A stretch of DNA of 64,000 bases from Epiperipatus broadwayi (taxonomy: Eukaryota > Animalia > Onychophora): positions 992,001 to 1,056,000 of the forward strand of contig JAQFVV010000001.1 in NCBI GenBank assembly GCA_028023455.1, in the 5' to 3' direction. The translations under genes were made by a program, and so were the position numbers. Shown here one piece after another: positions 53,232 to 64,000 of the stretch (the stretch's first letter is position 1; every line of letters begins with the position of its first letter). The notes under the pieces were generated by a model, which ran no database searches, was not told the DNA's origin, and saw nothing but the letters and a program-made list of their open reading frames with translations.

Positions 53232-53306
53232 TTATGGTTTGCTACTTTAAATGGTTGGTCAGGTCAGCCTTTATTTGAACGATGGTGCATAGGTTTATAT
53301 AACGTA
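53232..53306 (+). CDS. ATP8A: ATP8A-like exon 8 (M5-M6)
   Basis: AG/GT bounded; [25 protein letters not shown]. Confidence 0.97.
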
Positions 53307-55401
53307 GTAAGTATAAAAAAAACAGCCATAAAATATTTTCAAAGTATGAATAAAAGTAGACCTATTATTTTTTGAATTATATTTGTAAGACTGAGAATAA
53401 AATACATAATGTAAATTGGAGAGAAACACAGTGAAGATAAATTAATTTAATCCCATGAAATACAAATTATAAAACTTGATAATCATTATTGAAATTGTTC
53501 ATATAAAATATAATTAGAGAACATAAGATATTGGATAAAGAATATTAATAGTACATTACCATGGGCTGTTCATTTATAAATTCATTTACTTTTGACAATA
53601 GTCTTGGTCATTATTAGGTCAAATAATTATGATCAAATAGGTTAAAGAATGAGGTTATTGTTCAAAATTATATATACAATTGCTATTTTAAGTTAACTGT
53701 TTATTATAATTAATATGCGTTATTTTATTAGATGCAAATTGAAAATTTAATAGTATAAATGATATATCATAAAACTAAAAATAGTTTTAAAATATTGTCA
53801 TTATTTATGCAAAGTGATGAATTGCCACTATCTCTATAGTATAAATATATGTAAGGCCATATAAATATTTGTACATATGTTGTTATATATTAATTATTCT
53901 AATAAAATTAACCTTATTTAAATGATTATTTAAATATATTATTCATAATAAGATATTAATAATACAATATAATTTAATATTAATTTTTATCAACTGTTAT
54001 ATGTTTGATTTTTTTTTTTTAAAAAAAAAAAACTTAATTGCATACCTTATTTTTTTGGGATATATTTTCCAAGAGAGGATTTTTTTTATTAGTACTAACT
54101 ATTATGTGATACTAAATAAAAGTACAGTTTAATAATTTTTTGATATTTTATTATCTATTGAAAATTTCACAAAATATTAATTTAACATTAGAGTCATATC
54201 AAATGTGAAAGAGATTAAAAGTCCATAAATTAAATGATTTTCATGTCTTCATTCAGATTTGATTTAATGTCTCAGTCTTAGCAAGATTACAACCCAGGTT
54301 TGCATTTTTGAAAATTTGTTGAGGTATTAAATATCAAGTTATGTTGATCTATAATCAAAGGAAGCTTAATTAAATGAACTTTGAGTAATATAAATTCAAC
54401 ATTATGGCAAAAAAAGTTATTATTTTGTTTTAATAGATGAAAATTTAATGAGATACTTGTACATCTTGTTTGCATTCATAAGGGAAATATATTACATTTT
54501 AGTTATTGTTTTAAATCATTGTCTAAAGAATAAATTATGTTTTAAGTATTTTTGAAATTAATTTTTTGGTAAACTCTATGTAAACAGTATATTATAGAGG
54601 TAAAAATAAAAATAAGGCACATTATAAATAAATAGAATAATTAAGGAGTTTGAACAATGTAAAATCAACTATGGAAAATTATTTATAAAAAAATAAGAGT
54701 TTACAAATTTAATCAGTTCAGCTACAGTTAAATAGTTCAGAGAGATATATAAATTTAATATCAGAGTTGTTATTAAAAGACATTTAAATTAAGTTGTCCT
54801 ACACTTTGAATAGGTCAGTATATCTATAGTATGTTCTATAAAGAATCTGAAAAGATTTTGGATTAGTTGCCTATCCATTCTTGGAAATCTTGAAGCTTAA
54901 TTTTTTAATTTATTAAAATCATTATTTATGCTAAGAAAATTTACAGTGTTAAATGAACTTTGTTAATAGTACATTTGAATTTAATTGATTCTGGAAATTT
55001 TAAATTTATTTAAATCTGTCAAATCAAATATTTAAACGAATAATATTTAATTAACTTCTCATAATTAGTTTACAATTTTAATATTTTTTTGTAGTTATGG
55101 TGTATATCTTTATATTTCAAATAAATGAAAATGACGTGTATATAAATGTGCAGACCAATAATAGTTTGTTTTTTAAAAATATATATTTTATTAATAGTTA
55201 GTTTTAAAAATTGTTTTTAATGTTCAGTTCATATATATTAAAATGAAAACATTTGAAAAAATTAGTTTATTTGAAATACAATGATTGTTATCATCATTAA
55301 AACAGACAAAACTCTCTATATGTCTTGCCACTCAGTGCAAGCCAGAGTAATCAATGGATTCCAGAAGGCTTGTGCATAAAATCCCCATCTAGTGCCTTCT
55401 C

Positions 55402-55460
55402 ATCCAATATCCCCAGACTAGTTTTTGTCTTGTGGCCTTCGTCAATGAGGAGCCTTGTAT
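55402..55460 (-). ncRNA. Degenerate hammerhead ribozyme motif (copy A1)
   Basis: reverse complement reads CCUCA-UUGACGA-AGGCCACAAGACA-AAAAC-UA-GUC-UGGGG; C3U and G12A, probably inactive. Confidence 0.6.
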
Positions 55461-55933
55461 CTGAGAGCCCTGCACCTAGATCTTAGGATTTAATGCAACC
55501 CTCCAGCAGCCACCTTTTCTTTCTACTTAACTCCAAAACTATGAGACTTAATTTGAAAACACTATAATATTTTCAATCCAAGCTCATCAGCTTATATAGT
55601 CATATGAGTGGGAATAGGTATTGAAAGTTTTTTCCTGTTTTAATAACAGTTAAGAGCAAGCATAAGAAATAGTGATCATGTGATGTTTATTGGCTTAAAA
55701 CCAATCCTGCCTAATAGGATAGTGGTGGCTGTGGTTAATAAAGAACCAAAGACACCAAAATGTATAAGTACTGAACTGAGTTCAGATCTATATGACTATA
55801 TAAGCTGATTAGCCTGGATTAAAAATATTATAGGGTTTTCAATTTAAGTCACATAGTTTTGTAGTTAAGTAGAGATAAAAGGTGGCTGCTGGAGGATTGC
55901 ATTAGATCCTAAGATTAGGTGCAGTGCTGTCAG

Positions 55934-55992
55934 ATCCAAGGCTCCTCACTGATGAAAGCCACAAGCCAGAAACTAGTCTGGAGATATTGGAT
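55934..55992 (+). ncRNA. Minimal type I hammerhead ribozyme motif (copy B1)
   Basis: AUCCAA..CCUCA-CUGAUGA(55949-55)-AAGCCACAAGCCA-GAAAC-UA-GUC(55976-78)-UGGAG..UUGGAU. Confidence 0.75.
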
Positions 55993-58086
55993 GAGTAGGC
56001 ACTAGATGGAGATTTTATGCACAAGCCTTCTGGCATCCATTTATTACTCTGGCTTGCACTGGTTGGCAATACAAATAGATAGTTTTGCCTGTTTTCATAA
56101 CAGTTAAGTGCAAGCATAAGAAATAGTGATCATGTGATGTTACCATCATTGTTTTATTACAGCAAAAAAATTTGTATGTATTATTAATTATATCTCTAAT
56201 AATTATGTATGTGTTTATTAAGTAATTATGTTTAAAGAACTTTTGTTTTATCATTAATTTATTCAACTCTATAATCATGTTAATGTCTGAATTTTTGTTT
56301 TACTTAAAATAGTTTAATGATACATAGGCATATGGAATGAAATAAATTATATTAAGGGACTCATCATGTAATATCTTCCTCAGTTTACTTAAGGAGTGAT
56401 AGATATTATCTTACGTGTTCAACTGATGACAAGGCTTCCTTATAATATTCTATAACTAAGAATGTCATAAATATATAGGGCAAAGCAACTACATGTCACA
56501 TATATAAATATGTATTTGCTATTTAATTGTAATAATCTAATTAGATAACTAATACATCTTTTTTGATTTTGGAGATAAAGCTGTTATTCTCCAATCAACA
56601 ATTCTATTTAGATATATATAAAATATTGAACCAAGCTATGATTATTTATATATTTAATATTCATTTTATCATTATCACCGTATAGATGACCTGAATGTTT
56701 TGACTGTTTGCACCAGTCTATTCCATTATATCATCATCATTAGATGACTATTTTGTTTTGATTTCTTCCATTGCAATATATATGTAATACTAAATGGTTG
56801 TATTGTAGAAGGAAATAATCAAGCATAATTTGAATATCTTTCACTACATACTCTCATATATTTACCACTTAGTTAAAATATATATAGGTTTATCTAAATT
56901 GGAAGGTCAACTTTTGTAAAAGTGCTAGTTTTATTTTTAGAGGTAATTCACTATCTTGAACAATACATGATCGTCAATTGAATTATCCCATATTCTGGAC
57001 TTATAGAAGTCTCATCTTTCTATAATTTATTTAACATACATTTTTTTTTGTGCTGATTCATGTACTAATAGATTTTTTTTTATATACATATATACTTTAA
57101 AGTTCTTGAAAATCTTTTAATATATATATATGAATGTGTGGATAATAAAATAATCCAATACTTGAGTTGTATATTTTATGGGTTAAAATTTTTATTTGAC
57201 AAGACTAACATGTTTTTGGTACTGAATGCCATAAAATTCTGATATGCTGGTTAATGTTTTTTTTTTTTAATTGCTTATGTACAATGCTTCTTTCATTTTT
57301 GTTTTATCTCTTTCCTCACATACAGTATTTATTTTTCTTGGAATGAATAGGCGCCCTATTTCTTTTTCATGATTAAGAAAAACAAAAGTATTGGTGATAT
57401 TGGTCTGTGATCTATTATATGGTTACTCATATCAATGAATTCTCACAAGCTGTGTTTCGTCATAGTAAATTGAATAACAGAAGTCATTGCCACATTCTAT
57501 TTTCTCCTTACTATCAAGCTTATATTTTATTTATTAATCTATTTAAATTATTGAATAATTACAGACCTACATTAGAAGCAAGCATATATATATGTATTGT
57601 TCGTTAAATATTCAATGTATGATCGTACTTTTTTATTTTTTGCACTTTAAAATTACATAAATGGTGATTTTGAGATAATAATGCTTTAAAGCCAGCATAT
57701 ATTTATATCATTGAGACATTAAAATGAGAGTGGATATAATTTGGAATAATAATGGATATAAAGATCACATTATAATCAAGATGGTCTATTTTCTGTTCAA
57801 TATTTGAATCTATCATTTTTTATATATTTAAATTTTTTTTTTAATTGTCCTTTGCATTCATCCTTGTGATATGCAAAAATACTTTAAGTCAAATTGTGTA
57901 GACCACAAACAAATATATTATCCATGTATTTTTACATAGAACTTTCCAGTAATTTAATAAAAAATCACTGTATTAATTTTTATTAAAACAGGCAAAACTC
58001 ACTACATATTGCCACTCACAGCAAGCTAGAGTAATCAATAGATGCCAGAAGGCTTGTGCATAAAATCCCCATCTAGTGCCTAAATC

Positions 58087-58145
58087 ATCCAATATTTCCA
58101 GACTAGTTTCTGTCTTGTGGCCTTTGTCAATGAGGAGCCTTGGAT
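58087..58145 (-). ncRNA. Variant hammerhead ribozyme motif (copy A2)
   Basis: reverse complement reads CCUCA-UUGACAA-AGGCCACAAGACA-GAAAC-UA-GUC-UGGAA; U3/A8 in place of C3/G8. Confidence 0.6.
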
Positions 58146-58487
58146 CTGAGAGCACTGCACTTAGATCTTAGGACCTAATGCAACCCTCCAGCAGCCACCT
58201 TTTATTTCTACTTAACTACAAAACTATGAGTCTTAAATTTAAAACACCTTAATATTTTCAATCCAAGCTCATTAGCTTATATAGTCATATAGGTCTGAAC
58301 TCAGTTCAGTACCTATATATTTTGGTGTCTTTGGTTTTTTAATAACCATAGCCACCATTATCCTATTAGGAAAGATTGGTTTTAAGCCAATAAATGTCAC
58401 ATGATCACCATTTCTAATGCTTGCTTATAATTGTTATTAAGCAGGTAAATTTCACTATACATATTGCCACTAGCACAGTGCTCTCAG

Positions 58488-58546
58488 ATCCAAGGCTCCT
58501 CACTGACGAAGGCCACAAGCCAGAAACTAGTCTGGGGATATTGGAT
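58488..58546 (+). ncRNA. Minimal type I hammerhead ribozyme motif (copy B2, best preserved)
   Basis: AUCCAA-GGCU-CCUCA-CUGACGA(58503-09)-A-GGC-CACAA-GCC-A-GAAAC(58523-27)-UA-GUC(58530-32)-UGGGG-AUA-UUGGAU; stem I CCUCA/UGGGG extended by AUCCAA/UUGGAU. Confidence 0.8.
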
Positions 58547-59599
58547 GAGTGGGCACTAGATGGGGATTTTATGCACAAGCCTTCTGGCATCCATTGATTA
58601 TTCTAGCTTGCTATGAGTGGCAATACGTATAGTGAGTTTTGTCTGTTTTAATAACAGTTATAAGCAAGCATAAGAAAATTGTGATCATGTGATGTTTATA
58701 TTAATTTGTCCTCAATTTTTACAAAATTAAACTGCAAATAAACCTACTTATAGAAAGACCCATTAGCCATGCATTCTTGATATAGACATTTTTCCTGAAT
58801 GTTGTACCTTGATTATTGTGAATCCACTATAAAGCATATTTTGTTCATTTATTTTATTTTTAAATAATAAATTGCTAATAATTGTAATAGACATAACTCT
58901 GTCCATTGTTCATAAAGTTCACTAATGCAATGCTGCTATTTTAGAATTTCTGCAAATATTTAATTTTTTGATTTTATTAACAAATTGAGAATTAATGGTT
59001 TAAATATCATATCTTCTCTTGCAGCCATTATGAGGTTAATTTTCAAGTAAAAATTGCTAAACATGGTTAACAATATAATAGATCAGAAGTCAGTACTAAA
59101 ATACTTTTTCTTAATTATGAAAACCCACAAAAAGTTAATACTGTATGTAAGGAAAGAGGTAATGGAAAAATAAGAATAAAGGTGATAATAGTGTATTACC
59201 AATTAAAAAAATTGTGATATTAGTTTACAGAACTATTGAATAACATTAACTGAATCATCCCTAGTGGAAGTTTAATATATGGACTAATTTCTGTGTAATA
59301 GCTTACTTTATATTTAATATGTCATAAATATGATACACTGTACTAAAATTCTGATAAGCTCATCAAATAAATTTTTTAGATTATAAAGTACACAATTCAA
59401 GTTTTTATTTCTTTATTATATATTTTTCTTGTGATGGTTTTTATTAATTATATAAATTAATATTATTTATGAGGAAAAATGTGACAGAAAATTAAAAATA
59501 ATGGAGACTTAACATATTACTAGTTCAAAAAAATATTATTATTTAGCAAACTAAACTAATAGTATTCAACATCTCTAGTGAAATTTTAATGTAATCTAA

Positions 59600-60620
59600 T
59601 TTCTAGATATATAACAGCTTATTGTAAAAGAAGCAGTTGAAAAAATAGATTATTGATAAAACTATTAAACAAATGTTTAATTGATGAAAATATATCAGAT
59701 AAATGGAAAAATATTATAATGATATTGATATTTAAGATAGATGAAAAAGAAGGTATTAGAAATATATAACATCTTTACTAAGATCATTATATGTATTTCA
59801 TCTAAAGAGAACTTTAGAGTTAAATCATCTAAAAGTACAAGCATGATTGAAAGAGGTTATATCACAGTAGACCACTGTCAAGTATTAAGAGATATTATAA
59901 AAAAATATGAACGTGAATAACTATTTTGCACTGTACTTGGATTATAAAGAAGTATTTGACTCTATAAATTTCTGCAGTGATTGAGGCTTTGGAATATCAA
60001 AACACAGACTCCATGAATCATGTTATAAAATTCTGGAAAATATTTATCAAAATGCAACAGCACTAATTAAATACTAGGTGATATGAAGAAAATAAGAATG
60101 TATGACAGAATTGATTTTATACTTGAAAAACTTTTTACACTTTTATGAAAAATATTTTGCAAATTAAAATGGGAAGTTGGAAGATTTGGAGAATGATGTA
60201 ATTGTTTTTGAAAAAATGTTTCTTAGCTTTAGGAAATGTTTATAGAGCTATCTCATATAGCATGTAAGTTTGATTAAAAATAAGTGCTAAAAAGATTAAA
60301 ATAATATTCACTGACTTTTTCAAAAAAGGAGTAAATAAAAATTGATAATAAAAATTCGAAGAAAAACATTTATAAATATTTTGGTCAGTTTATTAATATA
60401 TGTACAGAAACACAATAGGTGAAATTTATCACATAATTAAACTTGTCTGGAATGGTTTTGATAGAAATATCTTAATACTGAGAAAAAAAAAAACTTACTT
60501 TCTTTAAAAAGAATGTTTTTTTTTAATAAATGTATTTTAACAATGCTTACTTTTTTACGAATCTGGGATCTGGATACTTAATATGAAAGCATATGCTAGG
60601 ATTTACAAGGAGAGATTGAA
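59600..60620 (+). mobile_element. Old RTE LINE RT remnant
   Basis: 59870-60080 reads like DHCQVLRDII...DYKEVFDSI...ILENIYQNATALIK with stops and frameshifts; boundaries approximate. Confidence 0.5.
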
Positions 60621-61042
60621 AATGAAATACATGTTGAGAGAACAAACAAGTATTATGAAACTGAATTGAATATGTCACTAGAAGAGATAATAATAGATGG
60701 ATGTTTAAATTCCTAAACTGAATTTATAAGAATTGTAAAAGACTCAAAAAAAAAAAACTATACATAAAATGGATAGAAACAGATAAATAATTTTGTTATT
60801 CATATGGTGAAATTGCAATAAAATAACTGAATTAAATTTGTAGAAGACCTTCATTCTGCAGTAGATCAATAATGTTTTAAAATGATATTTGTGTACATAT
60901 TAAAGTTTTATAATAGAAGTTTTAGAAAATTGATGCACCATATTGATGTAAAAATAGATACATTTTAAAAATTAATATTGAGTATATGAATGTTTTCACT
61001 GATATCTTTATTAACATTTTTTAAACTTTGTCATTTTTTTAG

Positions 61043-61165
61043 ATTTTTACAGCAGCACCCCCATTTGCCATGGGTCTTTTTGATAGAACATGTAGTATAG
61101 AAACAATGTTAAAATTCCCTGTCTTATACAAACCTTCCCAAAGTGCACAGTTATTTAATGTAAAA
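61043..61165 (+). CDS. ATP8A: ATP8A-like exon 9 (M6 and following loop)
   Basis: AG/GT bounded; IFTAAPPFAMGLFDRTCSIETMLKFPVLYKPSQSAQLFNVK; gene continues beyond the window. Confidence 0.96.
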
Positions 61166-62494
61166 GTAAGTAAAGTATAGTGATTATATACATTTTTACA
61201 AATATAATATAAAAATTATTAATATACAATTAGATTAATGTGTAGTATATAAAACATATTAATTTTGTATTTTATTTAGTCTAAATTTTAATATAACCTG
61301 TTGTTTTTTAATATTACAAATAGTTTGGTATTAAAATGAGATAGAAATAATTATATTTGATTAATAATAAAAAATAAAAAAAATAGAAGAATCTATGGCT
61401 ATTTTATGGCATATAACATATGACAATAGTTAGTTCTATTTATATTTGTATTATTTTTTTAGCTTGAAAAATATTAAATTACATTTTTGCTACACTTTTA
61501 TGAATAAAATAAATAACAAAAAAAACTTTTAATTATTCGCTTTTTATTATGTGAGATGTTTTGATTATTCTTATTGTCATACATCATACAAATAATTAAA
61601 GATAAAGTAAGATAGTAGTTGCCAAGATCCATTTCTGCCAAACTAGCATTTTCAATTCTCCCAAGGCACCATACTTTCTCAAGTGTCTGTATTATCATTA
61701 ATTATTTATTTATTGTTATTTGTGATTATATTAAATATGTTTTCATATATGTACATTTCACATTGTACATAGTTAAAAAAGAGAGTTACATTAAAATAAT
61801 GTTGAGCTTGTTCGTAATTTTTAAGAAATGGTTCAGGCTAATAATAATATATCATTCGTTATCATAATAAATGTTTATTAATAACATTAATATATTTATC
61901 TAGGAATTATGATAATCATCATTAATGTTGTGCAGAAGTTATAGGCTTGTAGATTAAATTGTGCCAATATGTATTGATAAATAATTAATAATAATGAAGA
62001 CATTTAAGAGATATGAAGGCCTAGACCAACTAAAGATGCATTTTTATGATATCTGTTTATTTGTTGAAATTGTGTTAATATTAAACAGAAGTTTTAAAAT
62101 ATATATATTCAGAAATTAGCTGTTATTTTATTTTCACAGTGACCTTTCAATTTTCTAAACTAATAGTATTATACTGATCATTAATGCTTTGAATTACATA
62201 ATAATTTATGTTTATTATAAATTATAATATTCTAGGTCTTAAATTGTCTACTTTTAATATTTTCAAAATGTCTGAGAGTATCCATTTGTAAACCTATTAT
62301 GCTACATCTTCCTTTTGAATTTTATATTTTCTTTGAGAGAATCTTTTTTTCCCCCCACAAATAAAACAGTTGAGAACTTTAAAAACAGTTACTAGTTTGA
62401 TCTGTATTCAGAGTTAGCTAGTTTTAGGAGTGAGATGTATAGTTGTTTGAATCAAAGACTGCAACTATAAAATTTGATAAATGTAACTATTAAA

Positions 62495-64000
62495 TGTGTG
62501 GTATGTATATATAAGGATCAGATATTTTACGGTAATATCTCCACACTAAATTCTAACGTTGCGCTAAATGGATTGATTAACTCTAGAAATAATAATTAGA
62601 GCAGGTAGCGAATGTAGAAGCATTGATGAACGTAGAAGCGTTGATGAATAAAGTGAAATAAAAAAGAACGTTTTTCTCTTGTTGTTGTTTGTTATTTTCT
62701 CCCGATGAACATATAAAAAATAGGAGTAAAGTGTAAGCAGAAAATAAGCCTAAATGGATTATATGAAGACATATTAATGTACTAATGATGATGGTAACTA
62801 AGTGCAAATAATTAATGAACTGTAAATGATAATAGCGAGAGAAGAAATTTAGACTCGCTCTGTTTGTAATTATCTTCAAATTGTTACGGAAAGAAATAGT
62901 TATTCTTGTTAATATTATTATTTCATATATACATATATATTATTATTTATGCAATTTCAGCTGAGTTTTAACTCCCTGAAAATACTGCAGATGGCGCAGT
63001 CAGACAGGATTATGGAGGTCGTCGGTTTGTAAACAAAAGAGAACATAAAAAGCAATTTCGAATAGCTCGTACAAACATGGCTTTTCCTGCACAAAATATC
63101 AGAGAATTTGAGATCGGAAATCCAGCTGGATGGACTCTATACATAGAACAATTGGAACGATACATGAGGTTGAATAAAATCGAAGACAACGAAACTAAAG
63201 TCTCGATATTATTATTTTTCGCCGGAACAGATGTTTTGCAAATTGCCAAACAATTATCGGACAATAAAACTCCAGAACAGTTATCGTATACAGTATTAGT
63301 GGAAAAACTTACTGCATATTTTCTCACGCCTACGGTTTAGAATGCGAAAACAGCACTCGCACGAAACCTACTCCGAGTATAATATTGCGTTTCGAATCTT
63401 GGCACGAGGTTGTTTATTTCCTGATCTTGACAACAATTGTTTATTTCCTGATCTTGACAACATGCTCTTAGGTCAATTTCTCTACTGCATGATCGACCGT
63501 AATTTGAGAAAATTATTGCTCAGTGAAATAGACATAGATTACAACTTTGCAATTACTAAATGTACTGCTCATGAGATGATGTTAACAAACGCGATGGAAT
63601 TCCAAGCTGGAACTAAGGAAGCAAATATTGCTGTAAGCATATGTAAAACGGAAACAGCGGAAACATCATCACGAACTCCAAGAGAGGATTTTACTTGCTT
63701 TTGTTGCGGCATAAAGGGACACGTAAAAAGAGTTTGCAAATTCAAAAACCAAAAGTGCCGTATTTGTGGCATAAAAGGCCACATGGCAAACATTTGCAGA
63801 AGGAGTAACAATCAACAACGGTCACATATAAAATTAACTGGAACCATGGACAAAAGGTCAGAAATTAAAAGAGTAAAAACTAAGATAAATGAACAGATTA
63901 TACTAGATTTAATAATTGTGGAAACTAAAGTTGCAATGGAGATAGACAGTGGTGTAATAGTATATAATTTGCCGTTACATTATTTTAAAATTAAAATAAA
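62495..64000 (+). mobile_element. Gypsy (Mag-like) LTR element 4, 5' part, runs off the window
   Basis: LTR ends ...AATACTGCA at 62989; PBS TGGCGCAGTCAGACAGGA (62992-63009) resembling arthropod tRNA-Ser(AGA) 3' end; LTR start (~62495-99) uncertain. Confidence 0.85.
63077..64000 (+). pseudogene. gag-protease of element 4 with a single frameshift
   Basis: ORF 63077-63340 (MAFPAQNIREFEIGNPAGWTLYIEQLE...), then a second frame open from ~63320 to 64000 with CFCCGIKGHVKRVC, CRICGIKGHMANIC and MEIDSG. Confidence 0.85.

Larger units (their letters stand above)
55296..56141. mobile_element. Hammerhead-bearing non-autonomous retroelement (Penelope-pLTR/retrozyme-like), inverted dyad 1
   Basis: - strand partial monomer 55296-~55604 joined to a + strand 1.2-mer ~55604-56141 with 454-bp terminal redundancy (CAGTTAAG at 55647 and 56101); flanked by GTTA(T/C)CATCATT. 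Confidence 0.8.
57980..58698. mobile_element. Same family, inverted dyad 2
   Basis: - strand 1.1-mer 57980-58471 (CATATTGCCACT at 58005 and 58460, period 455) joined to + strand partial monomer 58472-58698; flanked by TATTAATTT (57971-79, 58699-707). Confidence 0.8.

Noticed and set aside
55081-55125. TTTTTTTGTAG|TTATGG identical to the exon 8 acceptor (possible mutually exclusive duplicate exon)
   Set aside because: Similarity ends after two codons and a stop follows within ten codons; no donor site.
56423-56460. CTGATGA followed by an AAGG/CCTT stem
   Set aside because: No GAAA box or stem I/III, so not a hammerhead.
2935-62879. Most 60-160 aa ORFs in the supplied track
   Set aside because: Low-complexity F/I/L/K-rich frames in AT-rich DNA, or antisense shadows of TE ORFs, with no splice support or recognisable domains.

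Overview
AT-rich eukaryotic (probably invertebrate animal) genomic DNA. The whole window lies inside one + strand host gene, a P4-ATPase phospholipid flippase of the ATP8A1/ATP8A2 type. Nine small GT-AG exons (822 nt, 274 aa in total) splice in frame and run from the TGDK motif through GDGAND to transmembrane helices M5-M6. The rest is intron filled with transposon debris: five Ty3/Gypsy (Mag-like) LTR elements or remnants, several RTE-type LINEs, a Charlie/Buster-type hAT transposon with a LINE inserted at its left TIR, a tRNA-like SINE relic and small tandem repeats. Most notable: (1) two non-coding insertions (55.3-56.1 kb and 58.0-58.7 kb) of a ~454-bp monomer carrying a minimal type I hammerhead ribozyme motif, each arranged as a TSD-bounded inverted dyad, resembling Penelope-like pseudo-LTRs or retrozymes; (2) Gypsy elements that keep gag+protease but lack RT/RNaseH/integrase core, with the same deletion junction in two diverged copies; (3) a tandem array of PBS-containing hairpins in the leader of one of them; (4) unusual FHKN/IG residues in flippase helix M5. 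Everything was read by eye without tools. Identities, family names and boundaries of degraded elements are approximate.
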